A stretch of DNA of 44,213 nt from Bigelowiella natans CCMP2755 (taxonomy: Eukaryota > Protista > Cercozoa): assembly GCA_000320545.1 (NCBI GenBank), contig ADNK01002912.1, positions 1 through 44,213 on the forward strand, given 5' to 3'. Made by a program: the position numbers and the translations under genes. Of the stretch, positions 13,673 to 28,519 are shown piece by piece. The stretch's first letter is position 1. Every line of letters starts with the position of its first letter. The notes below the pieces were generated by a model, which worked only from the letters and a program-made list of their open reading frames with translations, was not told the DNA's origin and ran no database searches.

Positions 13673-14788
13673 GAGAGAATTTCAAACATATGTATATGTC
13701 TAAAGTGTACTTAGCATGTTCGTTTATGTTCAGAATAAATTTGCTGAATATCGGCGTGCAGTCGGAGATCTTGGGGATGGGACAGAAGACGAGGTAGTGA
13801 CGGTAGTAGTGATAATAACAGTTATAGTAGTGCTCTTTTGTCTAGGCTTTATTATTTATCAAGGTATTATTACAAATAGCTTATACTGCTTCAAGTTTCA
13901 AACACGATTACAATGAAATTGCCTCCTCAAACGACTTGTGAAGATATTATTAATGATGATAATGTCTCTGGCACTTCAACGCCCATTACTATTCACTTCA
14001 TTCTACAGGGTGAATGTGTGCTGTATACGAGCAGTTTAAGTACTGAATGCTCCTCTGTCTTTGATGCATCGGTACTGCTGCTGTTGCTGCTGCGGTTTTA
14101 ATAACAACTGTACTAGTAATGATGATAATTATGTGACGATAACACAAATAATCCTACTTATCGTGGATGAATGTGACATATGGTAGCAAGGCAATAACAA
14201 TTAGTAGGAACGAGTGTAACTGTTATAGAGATTAGAATTCATGTTGTTGTTGTACTAATTGAATCATTTTTGACAAAAGAGTAAAGCACTGTATTTGGCC
14301 AGAACAGATGCAAACTTAATATTATATATATTTACCGCACCGTGCGATATAATAGTATGTAAATATTACAGGTGTATGGTAACGATATCTGGGTCGGCAA
14401 AACTCCACAATCAGTCCCAACAACAAGCTCTGGGTGCGGCGTGTGTGTGTGTGTGTGTGTGTGTGATGGTGATAATGGTGATGATGCTGCAGCATATAAA
14501 TCACAAGGACAACGAGGGGAGGGAGGATAATGCTCATAAAGTTGTTATTGTGAACTCAACTTTTGTCTCCAACTTACACCAAATGGCGCTGCTGTGCTAT
14601 TATTTAAATATCAATAACAAATGAATAGGTACGTACTGGTCTCACTATCAGCAGTTTGGGTATTATCATTACTACTACTACTACTAATACTACTACTACT
14701 ATCAATTAGTCATGTGCTGTTTTATGGAATAGCGAATGCATGCTGCACGAGAGGGAAAGGAGGAGGAGGAACCTCTATATACGACATT

Positions 14789-14821
<33 letters not shown>

Positions 14822-14831
14822 GCCATCGTGA

Positions 14832-14878
<47 letters not shown>

Positions 14879-14946
14879 CATTATCAGATCTATGATAGCA
14901 CAGCAGGGACATACACGTACAATGGTGAGTTAGTAACAGAAATTAT

Positions 14947-14977
<31 letters not shown>

Positions 14978-15361
14978 AATGACGATGACGATAAGCTGTA
15001 GTTCGTTGACGAATGGTGATGGTGATGATGGTGATGATGATTTGCATTAGGAAGGAGCTCTGTGCCTACCCCGACCTACGACTCTTCGTCATGTAAGCAA
15101 GAAGAGAATAGGAAAATTAGATAAAAGAAGAGGAGGACAGCTATCATCGTAATGAGAATCATCATGATCATGATCATTAGCAGCACCATTGCTACCGTTT
15201 TTGTGCATCTCTTTCTCTCTCTCTCCCTCTCTCTCCCTCTCTCTATTTATCTATCTAAGTAATTCGTCCTTACCATAACGTATGTCGTCAAACAAACAGG
15301 TACTTGCAACAATGCACTACGCACCGTTGTGTACACTCTCAATCACACAACCTCTGGGTAA

Positions 15362-15401
<40 letters not shown>

Positions 15402-15447
15402 TGGCTGATATAAAATGAATATGTGATTTGGTGATCCTCACTGATAT

Positions 15448-15485
<38 letters not shown>

Positions 15486-15714
15486 GGCTGCTGTCTGATC
15501 TGTCTTTTCTCTCGTCTTGATTCTCCTATTCTGGTAGTGAGTTGGTTTCTGCAAGTGCTAGCATCATCCTCACAGATGTTGTTGCTGATGATACTACGAC
15601 GTGCACAACAGCAAGGTGTTTCGTGACGTATTGTATTAATATTGTTGTCTAGTAAGTAATCAATATGATGATGATGATGATGATGCAACTTTATGATTAG
15701 AATACCAATCTAAT

Positions 15715-15750
<36 letters not shown>

Positions 15751-16072
15751 GCGGTGATGATGTGATGTTGTTGTTGTTGATGATGTTGTTCTCATTGATT
15801 GTTGTCAGGAGCACTGTTAGCTCATATGTGCGATATTACGTGGCGACTGATACCACAACGTAGACATTCAATCACTAACCCATGCATACAACAACAACAC
15901 TTGCTACATACCAACACAACACATCCTAAACACTCATGATGCTGATGCTGCTGCTGCTACCGCTGCTGAAGGGAATAATGCGTTTTTATGTTCTTTAGCA
16001 GCGTCGTGTATGTCTCTTTTATGCTGAAATAGTACAACAAATCCATCCGTTTCAAGCATGAAAATAAGACTT

Positions 16073-16114
<42 letters not shown>

Positions 16115-16503
16115 TTTCTCAACCTTACTACTTCGGTGATAACATGAGTACAATAAAAACACCTTTGACATATATTCATGTGTGTTTGTGTTTGTTGTTT
16201 AGGTCCCCAACTTTGTCGCCAACTGTCGATGTAGTAGTGATGATGACCATTGAGTTTGCCTTTTTTTAAACATTTGTTGTTGCTTCTTCTTCTACTACTA
16301 CTACTACTACTATTACTATTACTATTATTGCTGCTACAACGTACATTGCTACTGCTGTTACATGAGAGTGATTCTGAACTATAATAATACGTAGATCGAT
16401 TTTGTCTTCATCATAAGTCGTAGTGCAACACCGTAGACAACAACAGCAAAAACACCATCAACAACAATAAATACAATAGAGAAATCACTAGTGTTTGTTT
16501 CTA

Positions 16504-16537
<34 letters not shown>

Positions 16538-16755
16538 TTACCACCACCACCACCACCAGAGCTCCCCAACGATTTCTCCTTCCACAACATCTCCTTCTAC
16601 CACAACCAGTAACCCTACAACAACACCTACGGTATGTAGAAATGTAGAAATGGCTAGCAACCACGCTGCTGCTTTAATATCATAAGAAACGAAGATCAAG
16701 AAGTTAGTAATCAATAATGATCATAAAATCAACTCTACGTTGTTGTTATTGTTGT

Positions 16756-16798
<43 letters not shown>

Positions 16799-17124
16799 GG
16801 CTGGTCCTAGTCAAACGACCACATCTAGTCCAACAACTGCAACCGCAGTATCAAGAGGCCTTGAACCCCTTCCAAAATCAGGAAATCCTGGGTAAGTTAG
16901 TGAGTGCATAAGTACGTAGGTTAACTAACGCATGATGACAACAAGTAGTAGTAGTGGTAGTAGTAGAAGTAGTAGTAGTAGTAACACATTGGTTAATCGA
17001 TCGTGTGTAGCGTTGTTGTCGTACGTAGTGTGATGATCATCATTTTTATCTTCTATTTCAAATGATAATTACGATAGTAGTCGTACGTAGTAGCTATACG
17101 CAATGATTTTTGCTGATGTATATC

Positions 17125-17159
<35 letters not shown>

Positions 17160-17417
17160 TATATATTATATTTGATTAATCATCATAGGTATCGCAATGG
17201 TTTTCCTGTGATTACTGGGGCAATATCTATAGATCCTAATTCAACGTGTGTACTCGTAGCTACAACTTACTACACGATCTGATGAGGGGGAAGAGAGAGA
17301 TTTATAGTAGTAGCAGTAGTAGTAGTAGTAGTAGTAGCAGCAGTAGTAGTAGGTAGTAGCTGATACAAGTAGTATTAATATATATTAATACGAACTAAGT
17401 AGCTGATACAAGCAGTA

Positions 17418-17457
<40 letters not shown>

Positions 17458-17604
17458 TACGAACGAACAAGGGCCCTAACTAATTACCACGCACTCATCC
17501 ATAACCTAGTAAGACTATTCATCAATTATATTTATTCCACATAGAAATGAGGCTATTGGGCGCTTTCTGGACGGTTTATACTAACCACCACTCCCCCCCC
17601 CATC

Positions 17605-17684
<80 letters not shown>

Positions 17685-19429
17685 TGATGATTTCATACTT
17701 GAGCAAGTTTGAAATAAACAGCTCTCGATAAGTAAGTAAGTAGTGTGAACTGTCTAAATAAACAGCTCTCGATAAGTAAGTAAGTAGTGTGAACTGCTGT
17801 CTATTTATCGAGTAGGATATGTTGGTGTTGTTCTTTCTATTGAATTATCACCCATCATCAGGCTTGGTTATCCTTGGTCATTCTACAAGTGGTGATTGTA
17901 CTACCACTCCTTCACAGACAACAAGATCTAGACAACACATCAGGTATTTATCAAATATAATAAATGTGTCAAGTATAAATGATTATTAGTGAGAAGATAA
18001 GTAGCAATATGGCAGCAGCAGCAGGAGCAGCATAGGTTGCTGTTGGTAACAAACTCCATCCTCTCCCTATTATTGGGTGAGATCACTCACAACAAGAGGG
18101 AGAGAGGGAGGAGAATTGAGATGCTGCATCATAATTGAGTAGTGTTTTTGGCCACTGCTCGTCGACTAATATGATTTTTATCGTCGTTGTACGCCTATGT
18201 TCAGATTCAACACAAATACGTTGGTAGGATGCAAACTAAGTCTTACTCTTGATGATTTAGCTTCAATATGTTCTTCGGGTACTGATTGTTTTCAAGCGTT
18301 GGCATTTAAACAGTTGTAAAATAATAGTAGATCCATGGACAAATCACATAAGCAAAGAGTAACATTTGTGATAATGATGATGATGATGATGATGCTATTG
18401 ATAATTGTAATATCGTCATCATAGTCGTCATTATCACAACTTGCTATTCCAAATTATCATCATATCTCTTTCTTTGCCAAAGGTTTGGAGAGTTATTTTA
18501 ACACCAGTGCTTCTCACATCGCACAATGGTACTATCTTACTCCTCTTCATAACAGCAGTCCTCTCCCCCATTAGAAGCTGACTTTGACAGGGAGATTTAG
18601 GGATTGGGCAGTAAATAATAGTTAGTAGTTATGAATGATCAACGGTGCTGTGTGTTTTTGCAGCACTTCCTATGTGATGATTTTACCATACTATTCGGAT
18701 GTTCCTTTGTTGTTCATTGAGTGATTTGTTGGTTGATTAGGGGCAATTCAAGTTTTCTAAACACGGCTGAATGGAAGGGTAATAATATCAGGCTACTAAC
18801 ATGAGTGTGTATGTGTGTGCGTGTGGGTAGGAGGGATTAAGATTTTCCCATATAAAAGCAGTAGTTTCGTTTTGCTGTTTGTTATTGTTGTTACCAATTT
18901 TTGAAACTGTTGATGGTTATATCTATTTTATTCTAGCTATTGAGTATGATACCTACTCATCTGCAAGTGCTGCGTGGGCAGGAAACCAGGTACTACGACG
19001 ACAACTACTATTAGTAGTAGTAGTAGTCGTAGTAGTAGTAATAGCAGTAGTAGTACAAAAATTAATGTACGAAAGTTGTATACTAATGACTAAAACCTTT
19101 AAGAGTGTTTAATTACAAATAAATGACATAAACAACTAAGCTTCAACGTTTTTTGAATGCACCCTCTTTTCTCTCTCTCTCTCTCCCATCTCTTCTATCC
19201 CTTCACCCAGGTTCGGAAATGTACTGGAATAGTATCTTCTGTGCACTGGCAATTTCTCACAAAAAGGTGCGTGAATGAGTAGTTGATGATCAATGCTTAT
19301 TTATTGGTAGTGGGAAGGATGATAGCATTATTACTACTTGTAATTATAAGTAAGGATAGAAAACATCCGAGTAGATCAAAATCGTTGAGTTTTATTATCC
19401 TCTTACTACTCAATACGTGGGGGTAGGTA

Positions 19430-19464
<35 letters not shown>

Positions 19465-20072
19465 TTATTTATTATATTGTTATTATATTTAGGTCTGGCT
19501 CAGTACTGAATCCGCAACTTCAAATTGTGAGAGTCAGAGTTAAGGTACTATTCATTCTTTTATCATTATACACACGAATGAAATTGGATATAGATGATTT
19601 ATTTCATACTATGATAACTATAATGATGGTGACGATCATGTTAGTATGGCACATCAAATTGGCAATTTCAGGGAACAAATACCACAGATCCTGAAGGTAA
19701 ATATTACATACATACAATATGTACGTAATAGTTGATTCGTGGAAACATGACTGGGGCACTGAAATTGAACAAAATAATTTCTTGAAATTAACTTCTACTA
19801 ATTTATAGATTATAATTCAAATGCTAATGAATATTTTGAATTACTATTTCCAACCAAAATGAGTAAAGAGCTCATAATATTCAGACGAAAATTCTATCTT
19901 AATTTAACTGAAACATTTAAATTGTAGACTATGGACTACTAGCATTTATGATGTTCCTCAAACTAGTCACCGTATCTTTGTCATTGTACAACTTTTAGAT
20001 TTCCCTCTTTATGGCACCGCCGAGTTCTATTCATTAGATGATCAGGCTTCCAATACTGTTCCCACGGTATAA
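9055..20072 (+). CDS. TCTN: Tectonic-family (ciliary transition-zone) protein with signal peptide and mucin-like S/T/P tracts, >30 exons
   Basis: Signal-like start MIGKI|GGNRLLNVLLTIIMAIANTP (9055-9191). Tectonic motifs: CICNMTTSLCDQNC|QCDSEC (11324-11703), LLCVDRSNDPNQGTFY (~12460), YNFGDRI, CNNALRTVVY, KSGNPG|YRNGFPV (16875-17210), FNTNTLVGCKL, HIAQW|GNSSFLNTAEW, GSVLNPQLQI, YGTSNWQF, FPLYGTAEF. In-frame TAA at 20070-20072, although a further exon is possible. Confidence 0.85.
9330..9660 (+). repeat. Coding 33-bp minisatellite (TTTSPTSSPVV)n in the tectonic mucin-like exon
   Basis: Repeated gagctcacccgttgtaactaccacctctccaac units, visible in ORF 9221..9964. Confidence 0.9.
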
Positions 20073-20099
20073 ATCTTTACTCATCGGTGCAGAAAACCT

Positions 20100-21800
20100 G
20101 TAGTGCATACTTTCTTGATTAAAATGATGAATGGCGTTGGTAAAAATTATGATGCATTACTAACTCTCCTTCCATTTTGAATGTTCTTTCTGATGTTAGT
20201 CTCCTCCTTTGTTCCCGAAATTGCCTCACGATACTTTGTATCCACTGTACACAAATGGCGAGTAATGAAAATGTGCAACGCCATTGGTCACCTACACAGA
20301 TACACGCATGATAATAATGGCGATAAATCACATGTCCGTGCACTTGCACGTGCGACACGGGGCTGATCACCTTTACCAACACAGCATCGTGGACATGCAC
20401 TTATAGATCAGTATCGAAGTTGTTAACCTCAATTACAATAGACAACGTGGGGTATGGATGAGTGTTGCATATAATGCACGATGTTGTTCGCATTGCTTGC
20501 CGACATACATGTGCCATAAAGTATGTGACAAGCTGCAGCACAGACATATGGTAGCATGCACAATGACCAATAAGACTGTGCAGACTTTCACATTGTGCAT
20601 GAGTCGTATCCATTTATTATAATCTGCAATGTGGCGCAGATTACGTAGTTGCATGTTGTTGTGTCGTATTGAATCGCCATGCATCGCACTACGATTAGCA
20701 GACGGTGCGCCGCCCAGCACAAGGCACAAACTCTGCAAAATTGTCTCGTGCATGTCAACGTACATCTCACAACCAGTTCAAATAACGCGCGCATTTGTGT
20801 AAAAATAAAGTGAGTTTTCTGGACAACACCAGAGGTCAATTGAAGCTGAGGTTAGGCCCCGGCGCAATTTAAAGCCCTGATTGCGCTCATCGATCAAAAT
20901 GAATCAATGATGACCAGTCACACATATTTTTCTAAATCCCTTGGGGTGGCATCATTTTTGAATGAATGGCCATCGATCGTGCCCCCCCGTTCTTCGCGTG
21001 CGCATGCATGCAGAGCGCATACCAAAAAAATATGATTGGTTCATTTTGATGAGCGCAATCGATATCAGCGCTTGTTATCATTTCAACATTGCACCCAACA
21101 TGCAACCTCATGCGCAGCTCCATCCGACCTGCTGCTAGCTTTCTGACGATTACGGAGAAAACTCACTTCATTTTGTGCAAATGCGCGCGTTATTGTTTGA
21201 ACAACTACTGGTTGTAATTTTACATCATGCATTAATTGGGTTGTGTGATGCATCACATGTTTGATCAGAATGCAAAGTGTGCTGCAACATGAGTTGTTCA
21301 AGATGGACTAGTGGAATTTTCATGCACGTGTTTCTTTTTTTCAAATTCATCTATGCGTGTCGATGCGGATGTTTTTGACCACAGCACGTACTAGCACAAC
21401 AACATCGCGTGCATGCCTAAGGTGCCATGCGCCGGGTTTGACCAAGTTGTGATGTTGTCCATGCATGATGGATCGGATACTACATGTAGTTTTTACAGCA
21501 CGCGTGCGGGGCTCACATGGGTGCAAGATCGCATAGCAGACGGTGGCAAGCAGCAGGAGCAGCACCAAATGAAATGTGACTAATTTTCATTTTGACTGAA
21601 ATTGAATGATCTAGTGATAGCTAGATGGCACTCCATCTATATATAGCAGCTGTGTAAGCTCTGCTGCACTGTTGGGCTCATGCACATCTGTTTGCACATA
21701 CTCCTTGCAACACGTTGGGTTTATTTGTCGTGCGGATTCAACAACGATGCCAAATTAATAAATTGACTTGAAAACGCTCAAAAGTGTGATGAGATTCAAC
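20100..21800. other. Partially TpA-depleted island 2 between convergent gene 3' ends
   Basis: CATG/TGCA/CACA-rich and more GC-rich than its very AT-rich flanks. TA is reduced but not eliminated. Spurious ORFs here are rich in His, Cys and Met. Confidence 0.7.
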
Positions 21801-22041
21801 TCTCCGCCAACATTTAGTAATTAGGGCGTGGGCGCTGTTAATTTCGATTTCGGCATAGTCACACTTGGTTTTGCATGGGTTTTAATCCCTTCAAATTTGA
21901 AAAACACCAGTGCGTATACATTGTCTATCAGGCATGTATAGAAATTTGCGCTTCTATGGAAATACCGGTACTCCAAAGAAATGGAAACATTACAAATACC
22001 CACACACACACGCACACACGCACGTAATCATATGAATATGG

Positions 22042-22081
<40 letters not shown>

Positions 22082-22188
22082 TTATTACACATATATTACA
22101 TACAATGTAAAACGAGTGCTTGTGTGAGGGCGTGCTTGAGTGTGTATGGGTATGTTAAAAAACACATCTCATTAGATATATATTCTAT

Positions 22189-22887
22189 CTATTCATCTCT
22201 TGGTGTAGCTGGTTTTTTCCCAATTGGCAGACTATTCCGTTGTTCTAAGATCATTTCATTTAAAGGAGCATCATTATGTGACGGAAACCCCATCGCGCTG
22301 GGCTTCCCAGTGAGTGTTGGTTCGAGTTGAGGAAGAACTTTACCTTTTTAAATTTGCAAAAATATTTTCAAATAGATTCATGAAGACATTCATTATTTTT
22401 AGACTCTCGCCGACAGTAGTCAATCCATGTAGAATATTTTGAAAAAATAATACAGAAGTAATTTGTCAAATACAAATTCTAGATTGGAATCAAATGATGA
22501 GAAATAATTCATCTTACATTTTGGATTGTAAAGTGGATTCTCGTAATCGGCTTTATAATCATCCGTTGGTCTGTATCTGATGCATACAAATTTCCTCTAA
22601 TTGTGAATGACCCTCAGAATACAGAGCATTACATTGCTATGTGTAAACGATCAGAATGACATTGCATAAAAATTTAATACCCGACAAGAAAGTACGGGTT
22701 TTTATTATAGAATCTTGAACAATTAGTTAAATCTATTACTTTTCATGAGGGTTTGTATCCGGATAATAATCTGGATTTGAAGTGTTGAAAATTTCTAATG
22801 GATCCTAGCAAATTTGGATGTTAATTATAAATATATGCCTTCCCGATTCTGAATTTGCATGCTAATATGTGTGGATGTGCATCTATT

Positions 22888-22925
<38 letters not shown>

Positions 22926-25160
22926 TGTATTAATTATGAAGTAGAAATAAAAGGGGGAAAAGAAAGAAATAAAAGATTCGAAATATAAATATTGTGCGTA
23001 AAAATTATCTCTATTTTCTAACGTAGAGATCAGTACTGGAAATGATTTTGTGTCTTTAGAGTCGGTTCCTAAGACATAATATAACTATCACTTGCTATTA
23101 TTATACACAAATAAATCATCACACATATTGAAATTTTCGTATTTTTTTGAAGTTGACCGTTTTGGTATTCTTTAGTGAGATTCTTCAAAAATTGATCTGC
23201 CCAATCTTCATCAATACCATCCTAATTATTTTAAAAGTTGTGAATTTTATTAAAGTAGAAACTCACATAAATAATAGACATAGGTATCTCTAATTAACAA
23301 TATTTTGAGGGCATATCTAAGGAAAGTAATAGGTTCTAATTACCAAAAATGATGATTCGTTAAACCCTTCACTTTTTTGATCTATTTCTGGATCCCATTT
23401 TTCTCTGGTACTCTTTGTAGTCTTTGTATCTGAACAGTTAAAGTATCAATAAATTCGTATTACTTACCAAAAATTATTAAAACATTAAATGTAGCATATA
23501 TAGTCTATTTTACATTAAGTTTGTTAGGCGTGTTCTTATCTAAATGTAAACCATTGTTAAGCGTCGCATTGCTGTTGCTTTCTTCGTCAATATCAGGACT
23601 AATAATATACGTAAAATAAGTTGAATCGAAGAATTTTTGGCATTCAGAACTGCCTGAATATATTCAAAATATCGTAAACTGGCATTTTTTCAACATTTAT
23701 ATCTTTTAATAGCAATAACTGTTATTAAAGTTTAATAAATACAAATCAAAACTGCTTTTGTTCTGGTTGAGATCTCCTCCCATTGGCCCTATGTTGGTTG
23801 TATGTAATTTTTTTTAAGAAGCTTAGAATTTTATAAACTCAGTTTACATTTTTTGAGGAGATTTTTGTATGAATTAAAAGTGATTGTTGAAGTTCTAATT
23901 ATTGAAAGCAAGGTTTCTGTTTTAATTGATTAACCTTTTGATCCCATCATGTTTCCCATATATTCTAATTCAGGTGGAAGTAGTCCCTGCAAATAAATCC
24001 AAATTAGTTAAAATTTTAAGTAATAAAAATTAAAAATACCGTAAGTATTTGTGCCAATGTTGCCCTCATAATCCGTTGGTCACTATGTTTAATTATTCTC
24101 GCCAAATCTCCAGGCGTACAACCGAACCACTGAGACATCTTTTAAAGTGTTTAATTTAATTCACATGAAATTCACAATATAAATTGTATTCTATAGTTTG
24201 CGAAATTACCCTATCCATACGGTCCCTTAGTTTTTCAGAAAATGAAGGAGGTCTTTCTTTTGCAATTGGTAATCCGCGCTGCCTCGCTGGTAACTAATGG
24301 AAAATCAGGACAACATGTACAATATATAAAATATAAAAGGTATCAAATTACATCAACATTAAAGGTATTATAATGTAGTAAATCAGTGCAAAATTGTATA
24401 ATCACCTTCAGTTCGCCAATATTTTGCGAATCTGAAGGCTGCCAAGCTTCTCGTGCTAGAAACGAAATCTTTCTGGAATAGTGTGTAAAATATAAGATTA
24501 GTTTTATCATTTAACAAAAGTAATTATCTTACTCTTTCCTCTCGCCTCCTTTTGACTTTGACATTAGCTCAAAAGCTGTCTACAGATATTATCATGGAAT
24601 TACTACTTTAGTTTAATATGGTATTTATTCTACAAAAGTGTTAATATATTAGATAGCCAATTTCCACCATATATAAACACACATTTTTCTGACACATTTA
24701 TGTCGTATCTGTGTTAGCGTGTCTATAATAATAGTATATTTGTTTAGTTTTACTGTGCTATTAAGAAGAAATGGCCTTTCCCAAACCATGACAACATATT
24801 CCTCCGTCTGATTTGAATTGAAGAGAATTTAAACTGTAATATTATTTTATTTTAATTTCATACTTTAGAATTAATGAATACTGATACGTCAATATACATT
24901 AAATTCTTTGTTTCTCTTCAGTTTATTATGATTTTACATTAGTTTCGTTTTGAAGATGGTAATAAGACAATTTTGGGTAAGAGGGTAGCTCTGGTCCTTG
25001 TAAATCTCCTTCCATCCCTGCATGAAATTTATTTACCTCATATAACATTGTATATGTCTAGGTGCACACACACACACTCACACACACAGACAATAACACA
25101 CACACACACAGACAATAACACACACACACAGACAATAACACACTAACAATTATATGTGTT

Positions 25161-25204
<44 letters not shown>

Positions 25205-25532
25205 TTTGGTCCTAAATAACCTAGTTTCATAAGGCGCTCCCATAATCTGATAGAAAGTAGGAAAAATGATCGTTAAGAAAGGATGAGAGAATAATTAATT
25301 TTTGAATATTTGTAGAAAAAAGGGGGGAGGAAGTGGGAATGAGATGGAAAAAAAAATCGCTAAATTGCCCCTCCTTATTTAAAAGAGAATATTCAACTGT
25401 ATTAAATAATAGTATCAACACCAAAAAAAAAAATAGATTTTACAGAGTTGGAATTCCATCGGTTGATCTTGCTACATACACAAATAAACCTCTCCCAGTT
25501 AAACTGGTTATTAATGCCTATATAAATGAATG

Positions 25533-25568
<36 letters not shown>

Positions 25569-26999
25569 GAGTGTATATTATTTACATGTGATATACATTA
25601 TGTACATGTGCGTGCGTGTGTGTGTGTGTGTGTGTGTGTGTATTATGTATACATGTACGAGGAAGAAAGATGTACACTTGAGAAATCAGGATGCATCATT
25701 TGAAACTTTTCCTTTATGCTTAAACCTTAGTAATTGCGTGCACAATCGTTTCATTTTTAGAGAAACCGTCATCTCCGCATATTAGTATATCGGGTGTATG
25801 CCGTGGGCTGATATAATCATAATTTTAAATTATAGCATAAATTATGTGTGTGTGTGTGTGTGTTTGTGTGTACATCCATATGTAAGCATACATCTATGTG
25901 TTAGTAAAGTAAATAACTTAAACCCGAATTTTATTAACATGATAGGCATGTGACAATCCAACACTGAGGTTGTAATAAGTGAAGAATGTATTTGTGACAA
26001 AATGACGAGTGTTTGAGCGAGATAACTTTAGTACTACTCCTTTATATATCATATTGCACGTGTTATCTGTATTTTTCGCATAAATACGGAAATTTTACCT
26101 ATCTTGCCATTTCATATCGTAAGGCATACAAGTTATCTGGATACCAACAAATTTAAAATCATAGTTACATCAAAATTCAGATATAAATGCGATCGAATTC
26201 AATGTATTGAAAATAACCTCAAAGCCTGAATCAGTAACATTTGGATATCGTTCATACTCTGCCATATGCATGACTGAGTCCGACCTAAAATGTAGCAGCA
26301 TTGGCAATAGTGTATAGTAAAATGCCAGAGATAGCACATCACATCACATATATAAATAACAATAGAGTGATTTTAAGTTATTGATTGCTTGCTGATAGCG
26401 CAATGTCAGTAGTACCCTAGCATCCCAAGTATCGATAATGCAGAGTCTTGAGGTTTACTATCATCATATTCACAACGTATAGCAGCAGCAGAAAAAATCA
26501 TAAGTTGTCCAAAGGTCAGCATGCAAAGATGATTCCTTTTATCATCATGTACCATAAATTTACAACTTAATATTTACCATTTACTGTAATCTTTTTCTGG
26601 TGTTTTCACTTCTCCCGTAGGATCAGCAATTTCACTTTCTACCATCTCAGCAGCAGGAGGTTTCTGTTTCACATGCCAATCAATATTGTACACCTATCTT
26701 TGTAGAATCAAATTTACTGCATAGAGAAATAATGCTCACTTAAATAATCTACTTCTTAAATAGTAAGTATTAAACTCTATTTTTCTCTTGATAAAACATA
26801 CCGGGTTTGGACCATCATCATCGTAGTCTGCATCTAGAAAATGCAGAGGATCATCGTGCACCACTGGAGCTTGGTAAGTGGGAGTGGGGGAGGGGGCGGA
26901 GCCTTCTTGAAATTCGTATTTAAGAATCAGAGCATATTTAAATTCAAAGTGAAAATAAAGAATATTTGTAGTTCTGAAAATTGAAACTGGATGAATAGC

Positions 27000-27044
<45 letters not shown>

Positions 27045-27383
27045 GTATACATTAAGAAAAGAAGGATGGAGATATAGGGTAAGAGGGCCAAAGGCATGCA
27101 ATAGTTACACTATATTAAAGGTAATGAAGTCTGTTTTGAATCTCAATCAAACTTGTTTTGGAGATCAATCAAATCATAATTTCTACTTCTTCTACAACTA
27201 ATACTGCTACCACACTTATTATTACTATCTGCACCGTTATCATTATTTGATGATGCTGTTGCTTCTTTCGCCCTCCAATACTGACTTCTTAATCGGTGTT
27301 TGAATTGAATATATCGTAATAAATGTGGAACACATCTGGACACATATATAACCAAGCAATACTTCAAAACTCTCTCTCACACT

Positions 27384-27431
<48 letters not shown>

Positions 27432-28471
27432 TATATTGGTGTATATTCGCATGCATTGTCACATTTGTGTAGTTGTGTAGTGGTGGTGTAGAGCAAAATA
27501 TAAATCAACAGAGAAATATAGAAGACAGATAGGTGCTGTTTTTCCGATTTGATATTTTGTTTCATCGTATGTAATCTGTGCTACTCATATATTACCCGAC
27601 ACAGTACGGAAGATATGTTAATGATACCTAGAATTCGAATAATTTCAAACAAAAGTTACACAAACGAAGAAAATAGATGATAGGAATGCATAGAGTTTTC
27701 CCTGCTATATATATCCTTGTTGTAGGTAGGTTTATTATACACCGTATTACTATCACCACTGATAGATAGATAGATACATAGATAGATAGGTAGATAATGC
27801 ACTTTTATTACTAGTGCTAAATTTACTACTGATAATACTGGTATTTCTTTCAATTTCATGTTGATGTTGACTTAAATTATACACCCTCTAAACACAAGCC
27901 TCATATATTCACGATCTAGATGTTGATTTAAATAATATCACTCTAAACACAACCTTCATATATTCAGGATCTAGCCATCGAATCTGACCAACTCTCTTAT
28001 CTCTCACTAGTTCTTGATGAGTGGCAATCCAAGCACACAGTACAATATCCGTGCAAGACGGGGGTACCGTTAGGTTGAAGGGAACACTTATCTGTGATGA
28101 TAGTGGTAGTAGTAGTAGTAGTAGTTGTTGTTGTTGTTGTACAGAAGACATGAAACCAATCATCCTCAATATATTATCAAGAACACATTTAAAAATTTGC
28201 AGTAGTAAATAGTGATCCAAAGAAAATTTGTTGTCCAATTGCAAGTTGAGTAGTAGTTATGGGTTGCTATTCTTCCAACTCTTCTTGAGGATGAATCGAG
28301 AAAGGGTTTGTTGTTATTGTTGTTGTTGCTGCTGCTGCTGCATGAGAGACGTCCATGCAACAACAATGGCTGCTAGATGTTTATCGAAATATCTATCTTC
28401 AGTTAACTTTTAACATAAATGCAAATCCATCCTCCTCTCATCTACATTCAATAATTATATTTCTCTCCCTT

Positions 28472-28519
<48 letters not shown>

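Noticed and set aside
20072-21820. Island 2 as a Helitron (a|TCtttact start)
   Set aside because: No convincing 3' hairpin plus CTRR end and no Rep/helicase remnants.
8905-21970. ATACCGGTA just right of both island 1 (~8909) and island 2 (~21962) as Tc1/pogo-like termini
   Set aside because: No matching inverted copy found at the left side of either island, so I cannot support it.
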